From assembly GCA_030429765.1 (NCBI GenBank), contig JAUIER010000012.1, positions 32,916-96,915 of the forward strand: 64,000 bases of DNA. The letters run 5' to 3'. Numbering within the stretch: the first letter of the stretch is position 1; the number at the start of each line of letters is the position of its first letter. Under the pieces are notes generated by a model. That model was not told where the DNA came from, ran no database searches, and worked only from the letters and a program-made list of their open reading frames with translations. This stretch comes from a bacterium. Its GTDB lineage: Bacteria; Omnitrophota; Gorgyraeia; Zapsychrales; Zapsychraceae. This document shows positions 49,709 to 60,652 of this stretch, piece after piece. The translations under genes and the position numbers were made by a program.

Positions 49709-50986
49709 ATGATAAAAGTACGATTTGCCCCGAGTCCAACGGGGTTTTTGCATATTGGAGGCGCCCGGACTGCGCTTTTTAACTGGATGTACGCCCGCGC
49801 TCAAAAGGGAACGTTTGTATTGCGCATTGAGGATACCGATCAGCAGCGTTCTAAAAAGGAATTTGAAGAAGAGATTTTGCGCAGCATGAAATGGCTGGGC
49901 TTCGACTGGGATGAACTGCATTATCAGAGTCAACGTTTTGACATTTATCGCGAACACGCCCATCGTTTGCTGGATGAAGGTAAGGCTTACAAAGAAGGCG
50001 AGGCGATTATCCTGAAGATGATTCCTGATCAAGAGATCAAGATCTATGATTTGATCCGGGACGAGATTACATTTGATAGTTCTGATCTCAAAGATCAAGT
50101 GCTGATGAAGTCGGATGGTTCGCCGGCGTATAGTTTCTGCTGTGTGGTCGACGACGCGTTAATGGAAATTTCGCATGTCATCCGGGGAGAAGATCACATC
50201 TCTAATACACCGAAACAGATCATGATTTATAACGCGCTTGGGTGGAAGGTTCCCAAGTATGCTCATTTGCCATTGATCATGGGAGAGGACGGCAGCCGTT
50301 TGTCTAAACGTAACGGCGCGGTGGCGGTGAGCGACTACAAGAATCAGGGATTTATCGCCGAGTCGCTCGTGAATTACTTGATGCTGCTGGGCTGGTCTCC
50401 GGGAAACAACCAGGAAAAGACTACGCTTGAGGCGGCCGTTAAAAAATTCTCGATCAAGAAAGTCAACAAGGCCGCGGCCATTTTTTCTATGGAAAAGCTG
50501 CGGTGGCTGAACAATCAATATTTTAAGGAAATGAAGACCGATCAATTGATCGAGATACTTAAAGAAAATCTGCAAGAGCGTAAGGTCGATATGAATCTTG
50601 TCGATGATGCGCAATTCCGTGAGCTGGTGGATTTGTACAAAGGACGACTGGCGACGCTGAATGATTTTTACGACTGGACAGATTTTGCGTTTGTCAGTGA
50701 TGTCAAAATCAGTGATGAGCTTAAGTCTAAGTATCTGGCCGCGGAAAAATGTGAGATTCTTAAAAAACTTGCCGACGCATTGGCCGGAGTCGGCCAGTTT
50801 GATGCGTCAACGGCAGAAAGCGTTTTCAAGCAAACAGTAGAAAGCAGCGGACATACCTCCAAAGATTATATCCATCCAGTTCGTGTCGCCCTGACCGGAA
50901 AAGAGGTGGGACCGAGTTTATTCCATATTATGTCGATACTTGGCAAAGACAAAACGGTCAGTCGGTTAAACCATGTTTCTATTTAG
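49709..50986 (+). CDS. gltX: Glutamyl-tRNA synthetase (short, 425 aa)
   Basis: HIGG (…SPTGFLHIGGARTALFN…) and KMSKS-like (…LSKRNG…) class I motifs. Confidence 0.9.
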   Translation: MIKVRFAPSPTGFLHIGGARTALFNWMYARAQKGTFVLRIEDTDQQRSKKEFEEEILRSMKWLGFDWDELHYQSQRFDIYREHAHRLLDEGKAYKEGEAIILKMIPDQEIKIYDLIRDEITFDSSDLKDQVLMKSDGSPAYSFCCVVDDALMEISHVIRGEDHISNTPKQIMIYNALGWKVPKYAHLPLIMGEDGSRLSKRNGAVAVSDYKNQGFIAESLVNYLMLLGWSPGNNQEKTTLEAAVKKFSIKKVNKAAAIFSMEKLRWLNNQYFKEMKTDQLIEILKENLQERKVDMNLVDDAQFRELVDLYKGRLATLNDFYDWTDFAFVSDVKISDELKSKYLAAEKCEILKKLADALAGVGQFDASTAESVFKQTVESSGHTSKDYIHPVRVALTGKEVGPSLFHIMSILGKDKTVSRLNHVSI

Positions 50987-51005
50987 CCAACATAAGGAGA
51001 AAGTC

Positions 51006-51155
51006 ATGAAAATTTTTGGACGTCTTGTTTGTTTATGTGTGCTGACATTGCTGTTACAGGGATGTGAAACGTGGCGCGGGGCCAGAGACGGTTTTTCAGA
51101 GGATTGGAGACGCTGGACGGAGCGAGACAAACAGGTTCAGGAAAAATATTGGTAG
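51006..51155 (+). CDS. Small lipoprotein (49 aa) with lipobox LLQGC
   Basis: Signal peptide plus Cys. Short and unverified. Confidence 0.3.
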   Translation: MKIFGRLVCLCVLTLLLQGCETWRGARDGFSEDWRRWTERDKQVQEKYW

Positions 51156-51170
51156 CGGTAACAGGGCTGA

Positions 51171-51755
51171 TTAGTCCAGCAATGCCGGAATGACTTTGAC
51201 TTTGGGTTTTGAATCCGGAGCGGGAGCGAATGGATCCGGTGTTGGAGCCGGTTTAGGAGTGAGCTTTTCCTGGATTTTTTCCGCCGGAATTTTTTCAAAA
51301 TCCGCAACATCTTCGGAATCCAGTGTGGCATCCAGACCGTGACCGCCCTGGATGGCGAGAATATCTTCGGGATTCATATCCGATACCTCAAAAGATTTGA
51401 CCTTCCAGTCCATCCCCGAACGGATCAGGACATATTCCCACTGACTATTCATGGGAAGATACCGATTTCGGACAAATTTGATATCGACATTAATCTTGAC
51501 CAGCATTTCGTCTTTGTTCTTGAGCAGACGCCGGCTTTTGATACGATATGATATAACCTTGACCACATTCGGGTATTTGTCCCGATCTTCCCAATGGTTC
51601 ATGGCCGTTAACATACTGTCCTGAGACCACTCATCAAGAATGTTTTTAACCACTTTGGACGCAGCCCCTTTATGAACGGCGGGCATCATAATAAAGTGAA
51701 CGATACCCAGAAAAATAACAATGGCGGCTACGATTAGGTTAGATCTGTCTTGCAT
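51171..51755 (-). CDS. Hypothetical membrane-anchored protein with a Pro-rich C-terminal tail
   Basis: N-terminal TM. No recognisable domain. Confidence 0.5.
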   Translation of the reverse strand: MQDRSNLIVAAIVIFLGIVHFIMMPAVHKGAASKVVKNILDEWSQDSMLTAMNHWEDRDKYPNVVKVISYRIKSRRLLKNKDEMLVKINVDIKFVRNRYLPMNSQWEYVLIRSGMDWKVKSFEVSDMNPEDILAIQGGHGLDATLDSEDVADFEKIPAEKIQEKLTPKPAPTPDPFAPAPDSKPKVKVIPALLD

Positions 51756-51885
51756 GGTGGTAATAGTCAGTTTTTATAAGTTGAATGATACTATAAGTTA
51801 CCACACATAAACCGGCATAGCAATAAGTTTCACCGGGTATGTCAAAAAGTATTTATCTAGCCGGAAACTTGTGCTATAAAGGAGA

Positions 51886-52479
51886 GTGTCTGTCAAAAAC
51901 ATGTGCAAAATCAATGGGTTGGGAGAAATTTTCCGCCGAATGGGCGTGGGTGTCTGCCTGGTTCTGGTCAGTTTCTCGCTGGTCGGCTGCGACTATATTT
52001 ACCGATTGTTGGATAAGGAAGGCGCCGAGGAATTGGAATTGGTCGGGGAGATGTCCCCTTTTGAGAAGAATCCGACAGTTGAAGAAATTCAGCATTTGCT
52101 CAAAATATACGGTTACAGCCCCGGGGCGGTAGACGGGGTGCTGGGTTTACGGACCCGGAATTCCATCGAGAAATTTCAGAACGACCATGGACTCAAACCT
52201 TCCCGATTTGTCGATGACGAGACGTGGGCCATGCTGTGTGTGCATAAAGACAACGGCTTAGTGGTGGACGGTGAGGTCAGCATCACCCGCGTTCAGGAAC
52301 TGCTCACGCGGGCCGGCCATGACATCGGTGCGGTAGACGGCAAGTTCGGCCCCAAAACTCAGAAAGCCGTGGAAGAATTTCAAAAGGCGCATCAACTGAA
52401 AGTTGATGGCAAAATCGGTTACAATACCATGAAGGCCATGGCGCTCTACATTAATCAACCCATACAAACGACCCCATAA
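51886..52479 (+). CDS. Lipoprotein with two peptidoglycan-binding (PG_binding_1) repeats
   Basis: Repeats …GAVDGVLGLRTRNSIEKFQNDHGL… and …GAVDGKFGPKTQKAVEEFQKAHQL…. The start may be internal at 51940. Confidence 0.7.
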   Translation: MSVKNMCKINGLGEIFRRMGVGVCLVLVSFSLVGCDYIYRLLDKEGAEELELVGEMSPFEKNPTVEEIQHLLKIYGYSPGAVDGVLGLRTRNSIEKFQNDHGLKPSRFVDDETWAMLCVHKDNGLVVDGEVSITRVQELLTRAGHDIGAVDGKFGPKTQKAVEEFQKAHQLKVDGKIGYNTMKAMALYINQPIQTTP

Positions 52480-52480
52480 C

Positions 52481-53281
52481 ATGACTCAATCGAACAATCC
52501 GGTTTTGAAAGAAATTCAACAACACTTAACGCAAAAAAAATTGATCCTTTTTTTGGATTATGATGGCACATTGACACCGATCGTGGATACGCCGGATCAG
52601 GCGGTGTTGTCGGCATCGAACCGTGAGCTGGTCGCGTCCATTGCCGCGCTGGCGCGGGTGGCGATCGTCAGCGGACGGGCAACAGAAGATGTCAAAAAGA
52701 AGGTCGATATCGACGGGATATTTTATGCCGGCAGTCATGGATTTGAAATCGTTCAGCCCGACGGAAATGTCCATGTGAATGAGGAGGCCCAACAGGTCCG
52801 GAAAACCCTTGAACATATTCTGAAACAATTAGGCGAACGCCTTCGAGACATTGACGGTGTTTTGATCGAAGATGTCAAATACACCGTTTCAGTGCATTAC
52901 CGGCTGGTTGACGAGGCGGATGTCCCAACGGTCGAGGCCGAGGTAGATCGAATTTTGAGCGAGGTCAGCGGCTTTCAGAAAATGTGCGGCAAGAAGGTCT
53001 TTGAGATCCGTCCTCAGATAGACTGGCATAAAGGCAAAGCCGTGCGTTGGATTCTGGATTTGCTGAGGTATAACCCCGCGCAGGATTTTGCCGTCTATAT
53101 CGGAGATGACACCACCGATGAAGATGCTTTTGAGGTCCTCAAGGGCAATGGGATGGGGATATTGGTCGCGGAGAAGGCACGGGCGTCTCATGCCGACTTC
53201 AGGATCAAGGATACAGCGGAGGTCTCGATGGCGCTCGAAGTTGTCCTCAAGCATCTGAAAAATCTTGAAAATCAGGATTAG
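52481..53281 (+). CDS. otsB: Trehalose-6-phosphate phosphatase
   Basis: HAD motif I (FLDYDGTL), motif IV (GDDTTDE). Confidence 0.8.
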   Translation: MTQSNNPVLKEIQQHLTQKKLILFLDYDGTLTPIVDTPDQAVLSASNRELVASIAALARVAIVSGRATEDVKKKVDIDGIFYAGSHGFEIVQPDGNVHVNEEAQQVRKTLEHILKQLGERLRDIDGVLIEDVKYTVSVHYRLVDEADVPTVEAEVDRILSEVSGFQKMCGKKVFEIRPQIDWHKGKAVRWILDLLRYNPAQDFAVYIGDDTTDEDAFEVLKGNGMGILVAEKARASHADFRIKDTAEVSMALEVVLKHLKNLENQD

Positions 53282-53368
53282 TCGTTTAAATCGCCGATAA
53301 AGCTCTTGCTTTTTCGGAAAAAATCGCTATTATCAATTTATTCACATTTGTAATCCTCACATCTGATT

Positions 53369-54502
53369 ATGAAAATTCACGAATATCAAGCCTCAGAATT
53401 ATTTAAGAAATCCGGATTGCCGGTTGTCGATGGACAGGTGACGTCCGAAGTCGACGAAGCGGTATCGTTTGCGCAATCGATAGGATATCCGGTTGTCTTG
53501 AAAAGTCAGGTTCTCGTCGGAGGACGGGGCAAGGCCGGCGGTATCAAGGTCGTCAAATCCGAGGAAGAGTTACGTGAAAAGTATCAGGATCTGAAAAATC
53601 TCACCATCAAAGGCTATCCGGTCAGAAAGATTCTCGTCGTCAAGGCCATTGATATCCAGAAAGAATTCTATTTGGCCGCCATTGTCGATACGGCTCAGGA
53701 TGACATTGTCCTGATCGCCAGCTCTGAAGGCGGTGTGGAAATCGAGGAGACGGCCAAGACCAATCCGGATGCCATCAAGAAATATTATCTGCAAGGTCAG
53801 AAATCGCTCGATCCGGCGCGATTTCCATCATTTATTCAGGGGGTATTTGATACGCCCGAATTGCAGGCCCAGGGAACGAAGGTCTTTGAAGGACTACTGA
53901 AAACATTTTTTGACAATGATTGTTCGCTGGCCGAGATCAATCCGCTGGTTATCGACGGCACAGGAACGATATATGCGGCGGACGCCAAGATTAATCTGGA
54001 TGACAATGCCTTGATGCGGCACGAAGGTTTGGAAGATTTGCGGGATATGGATTATGAAAATGCCGATGAGCTCGAGGCCAAGAAGCACAACTTGAGTTTT
54101 GTCAAGCTCGACGGTAATGTTGGATGTATTGTCAATGGTGCCGGGCTGGCGATGGCCACGATGGACATCGTGAAGTTATCTGGCGGAAACCCGGCCAACT
54201 TTCTCGACGTGGGCGGCAGTTCCAATCCGGAAAAGGTCTTAAACGCGATCAAGATCATTTTGCGCAGTCCCGAGGTCAAGGCAATCCTGATCAATATCTT
54301 CGGCGGGATTACGCGTTGCGATGATATCGCCAACGGAATTCTGGAAGCCAAAAAGCAGATCGATTTGCCGGTTCCACTTGTTATCCGTCTGACCGGGACT
54401 AATGAAAAAGAAGCCAAAGATATCCTAACGGCCGCGGGGGTTGAGACATTCTCGACCATGCGCGAAGCGGTCAACAAAGTGGTGGAACTCGCCCGAGGCT
54501 AA
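53369..54502 (+). CDS. sucC: Succinyl-CoA synthetase beta subunit
   Basis: ATP-grasp N-terminus ([12 protein letters not shown]…). 377 aa. Confidence 0.9.
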   Translation: MKIHEYQASELFKKSGLPVVDGQVTSEVDEAVSFAQSIGYPVVLKSQVLVGGRGKAGGIKVVKSEEELREKYQDLKNLTIKGYPVRKILVVKAIDIQKEFYLAAIVDTAQDDIVLIASSEGGVEIEETAKTNPDAIKKYYLQGQKSLDPARFPSFIQGVFDTPELQAQGTKVFEGLLKTFFDNDCSLAEINPLVIDGTGTIYAADAKINLDDNALMRHEGLEDLRDMDYENADELEAKKHNLSFVKLDGNVGCIVNGAGLAMATMDIVKLSGGNPANFLDVGGSSNPEKVLNAIKIILRSPEVKAILINIFGGITRCDDIANGILEAKKQIDLPVPLVIRLTGTNEKEAKDILTAAGVETFSTMREAVNKVVELARG

Positions 54503-54507
54503 ACACT

Positions 54508-55377
54508 ATGAGCGTTATTGTTGATAACAACACAAAAGTCATTGTTCAGGGAATAACCGGCCGGGATGGATCTTTTCACGCCCAGCAGATGCTCGAGTAC
54601 GGCACCAAGGTTGTCGGCGGGGTCACCCCGGGCAAGGGCGGACAGGAAGTTCACGGTGTGCCTGTATTTAATTCGGTGGCAGAGGCCAAATCAGCGACGG
54701 GAGCCAATTGCGCGATTATCTATGTCCCGGCCAAATTTGCCAAGGCGGCGATGCTTGAAGATATCGAGGCGGGTATGGAACTGATTATCTGTATCAGCGA
54801 AGGATTACCGATGCTCGATATGGTAGATGTCCGTCACGCGATGAAAGGTAAAAATATTCGGCTTATCGGGCCCAACTGTCCGGGAGTAATTTCACCGGGA
54901 CAATGCAAGGTCGGGATTATGCCTGGTCATATTCACAAGCCGGGGCCAATCGGAGTTGTATCGCGCAGCGGCACGCTCACCTATGAAGTTGTTTATAATC
55001 TTACCCTCAATGACATCGGTCAAACTAGTTGCGTGGGAATCGGCGGCGATCCCATTATCGGAACACGTTTTATCGATGTACTGGAAATGTTCAATAAAGA
55101 CGACGAGACCCAGGGAATCGTCATGGTCGGTGAGATCGGTGGTCAGGATGAACAGATCGCGGCCGAGTACATCAAACGAGAGATCAAAAAGCCTGTCGTC
55201 GGATTTATCGCCGGACGGACAGCGCCCAAAGGTAAACGTATGGGGCACGCCGGAGCGATCATTTCTTCGGGCGACAGCACGGCTGAGGCCAAGCGCGCGA
55301 TTCTGGAAGACGCCGGCGTTCATGTCGTTGACTTTCCGGATGAAATTCCACCTATTTTTAAGCAAAAATTAGCTTAA
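54508..55377 (+). CDS. sucD: Succinyl-CoA synthetase alpha subunit
   Basis: CoA-binding and phospho-His loop (…SRSGTLTYE…GHAGAI…). Confidence 0.9.
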   Translation: MSVIVDNNTKVIVQGITGRDGSFHAQQMLEYGTKVVGGVTPGKGGQEVHGVPVFNSVAEAKSATGANCAIIYVPAKFAKAAMLEDIEAGMELIICISEGLPMLDMVDVRHAMKGKNIRLIGPNCPGVISPGQCKVGIMPGHIHKPGPIGVVSRSGTLTYEVVYNLTLNDIGQTSCVGIGGDPIIGTRFIDVLEMFNKDDETQGIVMVGEIGGQDEQIAAEYIKREIKKPVVGFIAGRTAPKGKRMGHAGAIISSGDSTAEAKRAILEDAGVHVVDFPDEIPPIFKQKLA

Positions 55378-55428
55378 TTCCCTCCAAATCGTATTATAAT
55401 AACTCAAGTCAATCAGGCTGTTTGTCCT

Positions 55429-56535
55429 ATGAAGAAAAAAATTTTCAAGAATATTTTTGTATCTTCCATCCACCAAAATGCCGGTAAGACCACGATGTCG
55501 CTGGGTCTCTACCAGGCCCTCAAGAGCCGAAAAATCCGTACCACCTTTCTCAAGCCCATTGGTCAGCAATTTGTGAATGTCGGTGATCTGAGCGTCGACA
55601 AGGATTCATATCTGATTGGTGAGGTTTTTAAGATGGGAAAAAAGCTCAAGGAGATGAGCCCGGTCACCATCGGACGCGGCTACACGGAAAAGTATATTTT
55701 TAATCCCAACAAGGCTGCCCATGAACGCAAGATTGTCCGGGCGTACGAAAGTCTGATCAAACGCAAAGACGCGATCATCGTCGAGGGGACGGGGCACGCG
55801 GGCGTCGGGTCGGTCATTGATCACTCCAACGCCGATGTGGCGAAGTTGCTGGGATCAAAAGTGATCATTATCAGCGAGGGCGGGATCGGACGCTGTATTG
55901 ATGAAATCACACTCAACAAGGCCTTGTTTGATCTCAAACAAGTCGAAATTATCGGCGTCATTGTCAATAAGGTGCTCCCCGAGAAATACAATAAGATCAA
56001 ACGTATTTTGTCACGGGGCTTGAAAAATAAGGGATTAAAATTGTTGGGTGTCATTCCCGTGAATCCGCTGATGAGTTCACCGACGGTGGCGCAGATCCGG
56101 TCGCGTCTGAAATTGCAGGTGCTGTGCGGGATGACGGCCACATCACGCCGGGTCAAGAACGTTATTGTGGCGGCGATGGAACCGCACAATATGGTCCATT
56201 ACTTACGGGACGGCACGCTGGTGATCACGTCGGGCGATCGGGTTGACAACATTTTGCTGGCGGTCAGTACGCATCTGGTGCGGGACGGACGAAGTTTTCA
56301 GATCTCAGGGATAATACTTACGGGAGGTTTGATGCCGAACCCCCAAATCGTGGAACTCCTTAAAAAAAGTGAAATCCCGGTTTTGATCACCGATGAGGAC
56401 ACCTACACCATTGCCGCGACAGTCGAACATATGATCTGCAAGATCCAGAAAACCGATAAAGACAAAATCGAAGAGGCGGGTAAGCTGGTCCGCAAATATG
56501 TGGACGTAAACACGATTCTCAAGAGTTTTGACTAG
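55429..56535 (+). CDS. Standalone Pta N-terminal-like protein (AAA_26/BioD-like plus DRTGG domains). The phosphotransacetylase catalytic domain is absent.
   Basis: P-loop-like HQNAGKTT, and a DRTGG-like segment (…LVITSGDRVDNILLA…). Confidence 0.65.
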   Translation: MKKKIFKNIFVSSIHQNAGKTTMSLGLYQALKSRKIRTTFLKPIGQQFVNVGDLSVDKDSYLIGEVFKMGKKLKEMSPVTIGRGYTEKYIFNPNKAAHERKIVRAYESLIKRKDAIIVEGTGHAGVGSVIDHSNADVAKLLGSKVIIISEGGIGRCIDEITLNKALFDLKQVEIIGVIVNKVLPEKYNKIKRILSRGLKNKGLKLLGVIPVNPLMSSPTVAQIRSRLKLQVLCGMTATSRRVKNVIVAAMEPHNMVHYLRDGTLVITSGDRVDNILLAVSTHLVRDGRSFQISGIILTGGLMPNPQIVELLKKSEIPVLITDEDTYTIAATVEHMICKIQKTDKDKIEEAGKLVRKYVDVNTILKSFD

Positions 56536-56712
56536 AAATAGACTGAAAAAATTGCCTAAGAATCGGGCAGGCTCAAGTCGGATCTGTCAGGTAAAAAGCA
56601 GTGATAAAATGTGTTGATTTAAGATTAACAAAATGTTATCATGCGGACTTAATATTTATTAGCGCATCAGCCGACCGGCTCCATTGATTAACATTTAACC
56701 ATCATAATCCAT

Positions 56713-58062
56713 ATGAGCTCATTCAATATCAAACGAGGTAAAGACATTCAGCTTAAGGGCGAGGCCCGACGAGAATACATCGATGTCTTAGCCCCTCAGC
56801 GGGTTGCAATTCAGCCCCCGGATTTTCGTGGCCTCAAGGCCAGAGTTCTCGTCAAAGAAGGCGAAAAGGTCCAACGCGGATCGGTTGTTATCGAGGATAA
56901 AGATATCGACGGATTGAATCTGCTGTCGCCGATCAGCGGTACGGTCAAGGCGATCAACCGCGGCGCCAAGCGGGCCCTGCTTAGTATCGTCATCGAGAAC
57001 GATAAGTCTAACGACAGCCGTGACTTCAAGAAATACAGCGCGGCCGATATCAAAAAACTCAAGCGAAAAGACATCGTGGCCAGCCTGCTGGAAGGCGGCT
57101 TGTGGCCGACCATCCGGCAACGACCGTTCGGTAAGATCGCTTCTCCCCAAGACAAACCCAAATCCATTTTCGTCCGGGCCATCAACACGGATCCTCTGGC
57201 CGCGGATACTGATTTTATTCTCAATGACCAGGAAAAAGATTTTCAGGCTGGTCTGAACATTCTCACCAACTTAACAGACGGAAAAGTCCATCTGTGCATT
57301 AAAGATACGGCAAATTCGGCGGCTTTAACGTCGGCGGAGGGCGTCGAAGTGCATTTGTTCTCAGGTCCTCATCCGGCTGGAAATGTGGGAACTCACATAC
57401 ATCACGTTGACCCGATTAATAAAGGCGATGTGGTGTGGTACGTTGAGGCTCAAGATGTTGTACGAATCGCGCAGTTGTTCTCAACCGGACAGTACCCGAA
57501 CCGATGCGTGGTCGCGCTGACCGGAGAAGGGGCCAAAGACAATGTCTACGCCTTTACTCTTCAGGGAGCTTCCATTAAAGATTTGCTGAGCGGGACGGAT
57601 TTTGCCGGCAAACGCTGCCTGACGGGCAGTGTACTGAGTGGACGAGACGTCGGCGCGGATGGATTTCTGGGATTTTATGATTCGCAGATCACGATTGTTC
57701 CGGAAGGTGGAAATCGTGAGTTTCTAGGTTGGTTAGTTCCGGGATTCAAGAAATACACGCTGTCACACACATACGCATCGGCGTTTTTACCCGAAAAACC
57801 TGTCTCACTCGACACCGACGAAAACGGCGGTCATCGAGCGATTGTTCTCAATCACCTATACGACTCTTACGTCGCATTGGATGTTGTGACGTATTTTCTG
57901 CTTAAGGCGATCCTGGCCGAAGATATTGATGAGGCCGAACGCCTGGGTATTCTGGAATGTGATCCCGAAGATTTCGCCTTATGTACATTTGTCTGTCCTT
58001 CCAAGGTGAACGTCGGATCGATCATTCGACAAGGATTGGATATCATAGAGAAAGAAGGATAA
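56713..58062 (+). CDS. nqrA: Na+-translocating NADH:quinone oxidoreductase subunit A
   Basis: 449 aa. First gene of a six-gene nqr operon. Confidence 0.9.
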   Translation: MSSFNIKRGKDIQLKGEARREYIDVLAPQRVAIQPPDFRGLKARVLVKEGEKVQRGSVVIEDKDIDGLNLLSPISGTVKAINRGAKRALLSIVIENDKSNDSRDFKKYSAADIKKLKRKDIVASLLEGGLWPTIRQRPFGKIASPQDKPKSIFVRAINTDPLAADTDFILNDQEKDFQAGLNILTNLTDGKVHLCIKDTANSAALTSAEGVEVHLFSGPHPAGNVGTHIHHVDPINKGDVVWYVEAQDVVRIAQLFSTGQYPNRCVVALTGEGAKDNVYAFTLQGASIKDLLSGTDFAGKRCLTGSVLSGRDVGADGFLGFYDSQITIVPEGGNREFLGWLVPGFKKYTLSHTYASAFLPEKPVSLDTDENGGHRAIVLNHLYDSYVALDVVTYFLLKAILAEDIDEAERLGILECDPEDFALCTFVCPSKVNVGSIIRQGLDIIEKEG

Positions 58063-58093
58063 CCTCGTTAACACAGCGATGGTGAATTAAAAT

Positions 58094-59266
58094 ATGAGTT
58101 TTCTAGCCAAAAAATCCAAAGAAATTGAAGAAAAGTTTTTCGCCAAGGGCAAGCCCCTCGAAAAGATGTATCCGCTGTTTGACGCTCTGGATACATTTCT
58201 ATTGACACCAGGCAAAACGACCAAGGCCGCGCCGCATGTGCGTGATGCCGTGGACATCAAACGGGTCATGATCTTTGTTGTTGTGGCCCTTATTCCTTGT
58301 ATTATCATGGGGATCTACAATGTCGGGTATCAAATGCTGCTGGCCAAGGGAGCCGAAGTCAGCTTGATGGGAGCCATGGGACAGGGAGCTTTGAAGGTCC
58401 TCCCTATTATCATCGTCACATACGCCGTTGGGGGGATGTGGGAAGGTTTGTTTGCTATTGTCCGTAAGCACGAGATCAATGAAGGATTTCTGGTGACCGG
58501 AATTCTCTTCGCGCTGACATTGCCGCCGACGATCCCTTTGTGGATGGTCGCGGTGGGGATTTCGTTCGGAGTCGTGATTGGGAAAGAGATTTTTGGCGGT
58601 ACCGGATACAACGTGTTGAACCCGGCCTTAACGGCGCGGGCGTTTGTATTTTTTGCCTATCCGGCTCAGATGTCAGGAGATGCCGTTTGGGCGGCCGTGG
58701 ATGGATTTTCCCGGGCGACACCTTTAGCGGTGGTGGCCGGCGCGGACCGTGGTTCTTCAGCCGTGGAGGCCTTGACGTCAGCAGGATATACATTTAGCGA
58801 TATCGCGCTGGGATTTATTCCGGGCTCAATCGGTGAGAGTTCGGCGGTGGCGTGTTTGCTCGGTTTGATCTTCTTGTTAGTGACACGTGTCGCCAGCTGG
58901 CGAGTGATTGCCGGTTGTGTGATTGGGTTATTCGCGATGAGCTTTATTTTTTCGCTTTTTCAAGGCAGTGAGGCTTTGGCCTTCTTTAGTCTGCCGGCGC
59001 ATTGGCATTTGGTGATGGGAGGTTTCGCGTTTGGGGCGGTATTTATGGCCACCGATCCGGTTTCCTCAGCCGCGACAAATACAGGCCGCTGGATTTATGG
59101 GATTCTAATCGGTATGCTGGTCGTCCTGATTCGGGTCGTTAACCCAGCCTATCCGGAAGGGGTTATGCTGGCCATCTTATTTATGAACGTATTTGCTCCG
59201 ACAATTGATCATTTTGTTGTCCAGGGGAATGTAAAAAGGAGGCTAGCTCGTGTCCAAAAAGCGTAG
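58094..59266 (+). CDS. nqrB: NQR subunit B
   Basis: Polytopic. FMN-attachment region. Confidence 0.9.
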   Translation: MSFLAKKSKEIEEKFFAKGKPLEKMYPLFDALDTFLLTPGKTTKAAPHVRDAVDIKRVMIFVVVALIPCIIMGIYNVGYQMLLAKGAEVSLMGAMGQGALKVLPIIIVTYAVGGMWEGLFAIVRKHEINEGFLVTGILFALTLPPTIPLWMVAVGISFGVVIGKEIFGGTGYNVLNPALTARAFVFFAYPAQMSGDAVWAAVDGFSRATPLAVVAGADRGSSAVEALTSAGYTFSDIALGFIPGSIGESSAVACLLGLIFLLVTRVASWRVIAGCVIGLFAMSFIFSLFQGSEALAFFSLPAHWHLVMGGFAFGAVFMATDPVSSAATNTGRWIYGILIGMLVVLIRVVNPAYPEGVMLAILFMNVFAPTIDHFVVQGNVKRRLARVQKA

Positions 59267-59969
59267 TCAATTTTATACATTTCAATTTGCCCTGGGGATT
59301 TGCATTATCTGCAGCATCTGCCTGACGCTTGTGTCGGAAGGATTGCGTCCCAAGAAAGAATTCAATGAAGCGCTCGACGTTAAGAAGAATATCCTTAAGG
59401 CCGTTGATTTGCGAACGCCACTCGCCGATAAGGCCACAAACGCGGATATCGAGAGTGTGTATCAGAAATACATCGACGTGAAGGTGATTGACGGTTCCGG
59501 AAATGTGATTGAAGGTAAATCGCCGGCTGATATTCAGGAAGGCGAAGATGCGTATCCGTTGTACGTTTATAAAGAAGGCAGCGAGAAGGTGGCCTACGCG
59601 TTTCCAATCGTGGGTAAAGGACTGTGGTCGACACTGTACGGATATTTGGCGCTGGAACCGGATGCCAAGACCATCCGCGGGATCACCTTCTACAAGCATG
59701 GTGAAACGCCTGGTCTGGGAGCCGAGATTGAAAAAGATTGGTTCCAAAACAATTTCAAAGGCAAGAGTATCTGGGATTACAAAGACGGTCAGTTGTGGCC
59801 GGTGGCGGTTATCAAAGGGAAAGTTTCGGAGAAGATTTCCGATCCGGAGCAGAAGAAGCATTATGTTGACGGAATCAGCGGGGCGACAATGACAGCTAAC
59901 GGTGTCACGGAAATGGTCGACCGTGAGATTCGAAAATACGAACCATTCTTTGCGAAAATTCGACGATAG
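59250..59969 (+). CDS. nqrC: NQR subunit C
   Basis: Single TM plus FMN-binding domain (…ISGATMT…). Confidence 0.85.
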   Translation: MSKKRSQFYTFQFALGICIICSICLTLVSEGLRPKKEFNEALDVKKNILKAVDLRTPLADKATNADIESVYQKYIDVKVIDGSGNVIEGKSPADIQEGEDAYPLYVYKEGSEKVAYAFPIVGKGLWSTLYGYLALEPDAKTIRGITFYKHGETPGLGAEIEKDWFQNNFKGKSIWDYKDGQLWPVAVIKGKVSEKISDPEQKKHYVDGISGATMTANGVTEMVDREIRKYEPFFAKIRR

Positions 59970-59993
59970 GACCCGATCAGGGGAGGAATTATT

Positions 59994-60638
59994 ATGGCGA
60001 GTACACTACTGAGAAAAGAACGCAAGCAAGTCAAAGACGCGATGTGGGACAACAACCCGGTAACGCTACAGGTATTGGGGATCTGTTCGGCGCTGGCGGT
60101 TACGGTTCAATTAAATACGGCCCTGGTTATGTGTGCGGCACTGACATTTGTATTGTGTTTGTCGAATGTGATTATTTCATTGATCCGTAACATGATTCCT
60201 AATGAAATCCGTGTTATCGTTCAGCTTTCCGTCATCGCGTCGTTGGTTATCATTGCCGATCAGCTGCTCAAGGCGTTTATGTTTGATGTCAGCAAGCAGT
60301 TAAGTGTTTTTGTCGGATTGATCATCACCAACTGTATTGTTATGGGGCGGGCTGAGGCCTTTGCGATGGCCAACGAGTGGAAATCATCTTTTGTGGATGG
60401 ATTAGGAAACGCCTTTGGGTACAGTGCGGTATTGATATTGGTCGCTTCCGGTCGTGAGATCCTAGGCAGCGGATCCTTGTTGGGATTCAAGATTGTTCCC
60501 AAGGCATTATACGAAATGGGATATGTGGATTGCGGGATGATGGTTCTGGCACCAGGGGCCTTCTTCCTATTAGGGCTTTTGATTTGGGGACAACGAGCAC
60601 TGTCGCCGGAATTGGCCGATAAAGATTCGACGAGATAA
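59994..60638 (+). CDS. nqrD: NQR subunit D
   Basis: NqrD/RnfE-family membrane protein. Confidence 0.9.
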   Translation: MASTLLRKERKQVKDAMWDNNPVTLQVLGICSALAVTVQLNTALVMCAALTFVLCLSNVIISLIRNMIPNEIRVIVQLSVIASLVIIADQLLKAFMFDVSKQLSVFVGLIITNCIVMGRAEAFAMANEWKSSFVDGLGNAFGYSAVLILVASGREILGSGSLLGFKIVPKALYEMGYVDCGMMVLAPGAFFLLGLLIWGQRALSPELADKDSTR

Positions 60639-60652
60639 ACGAGGTTAATATT

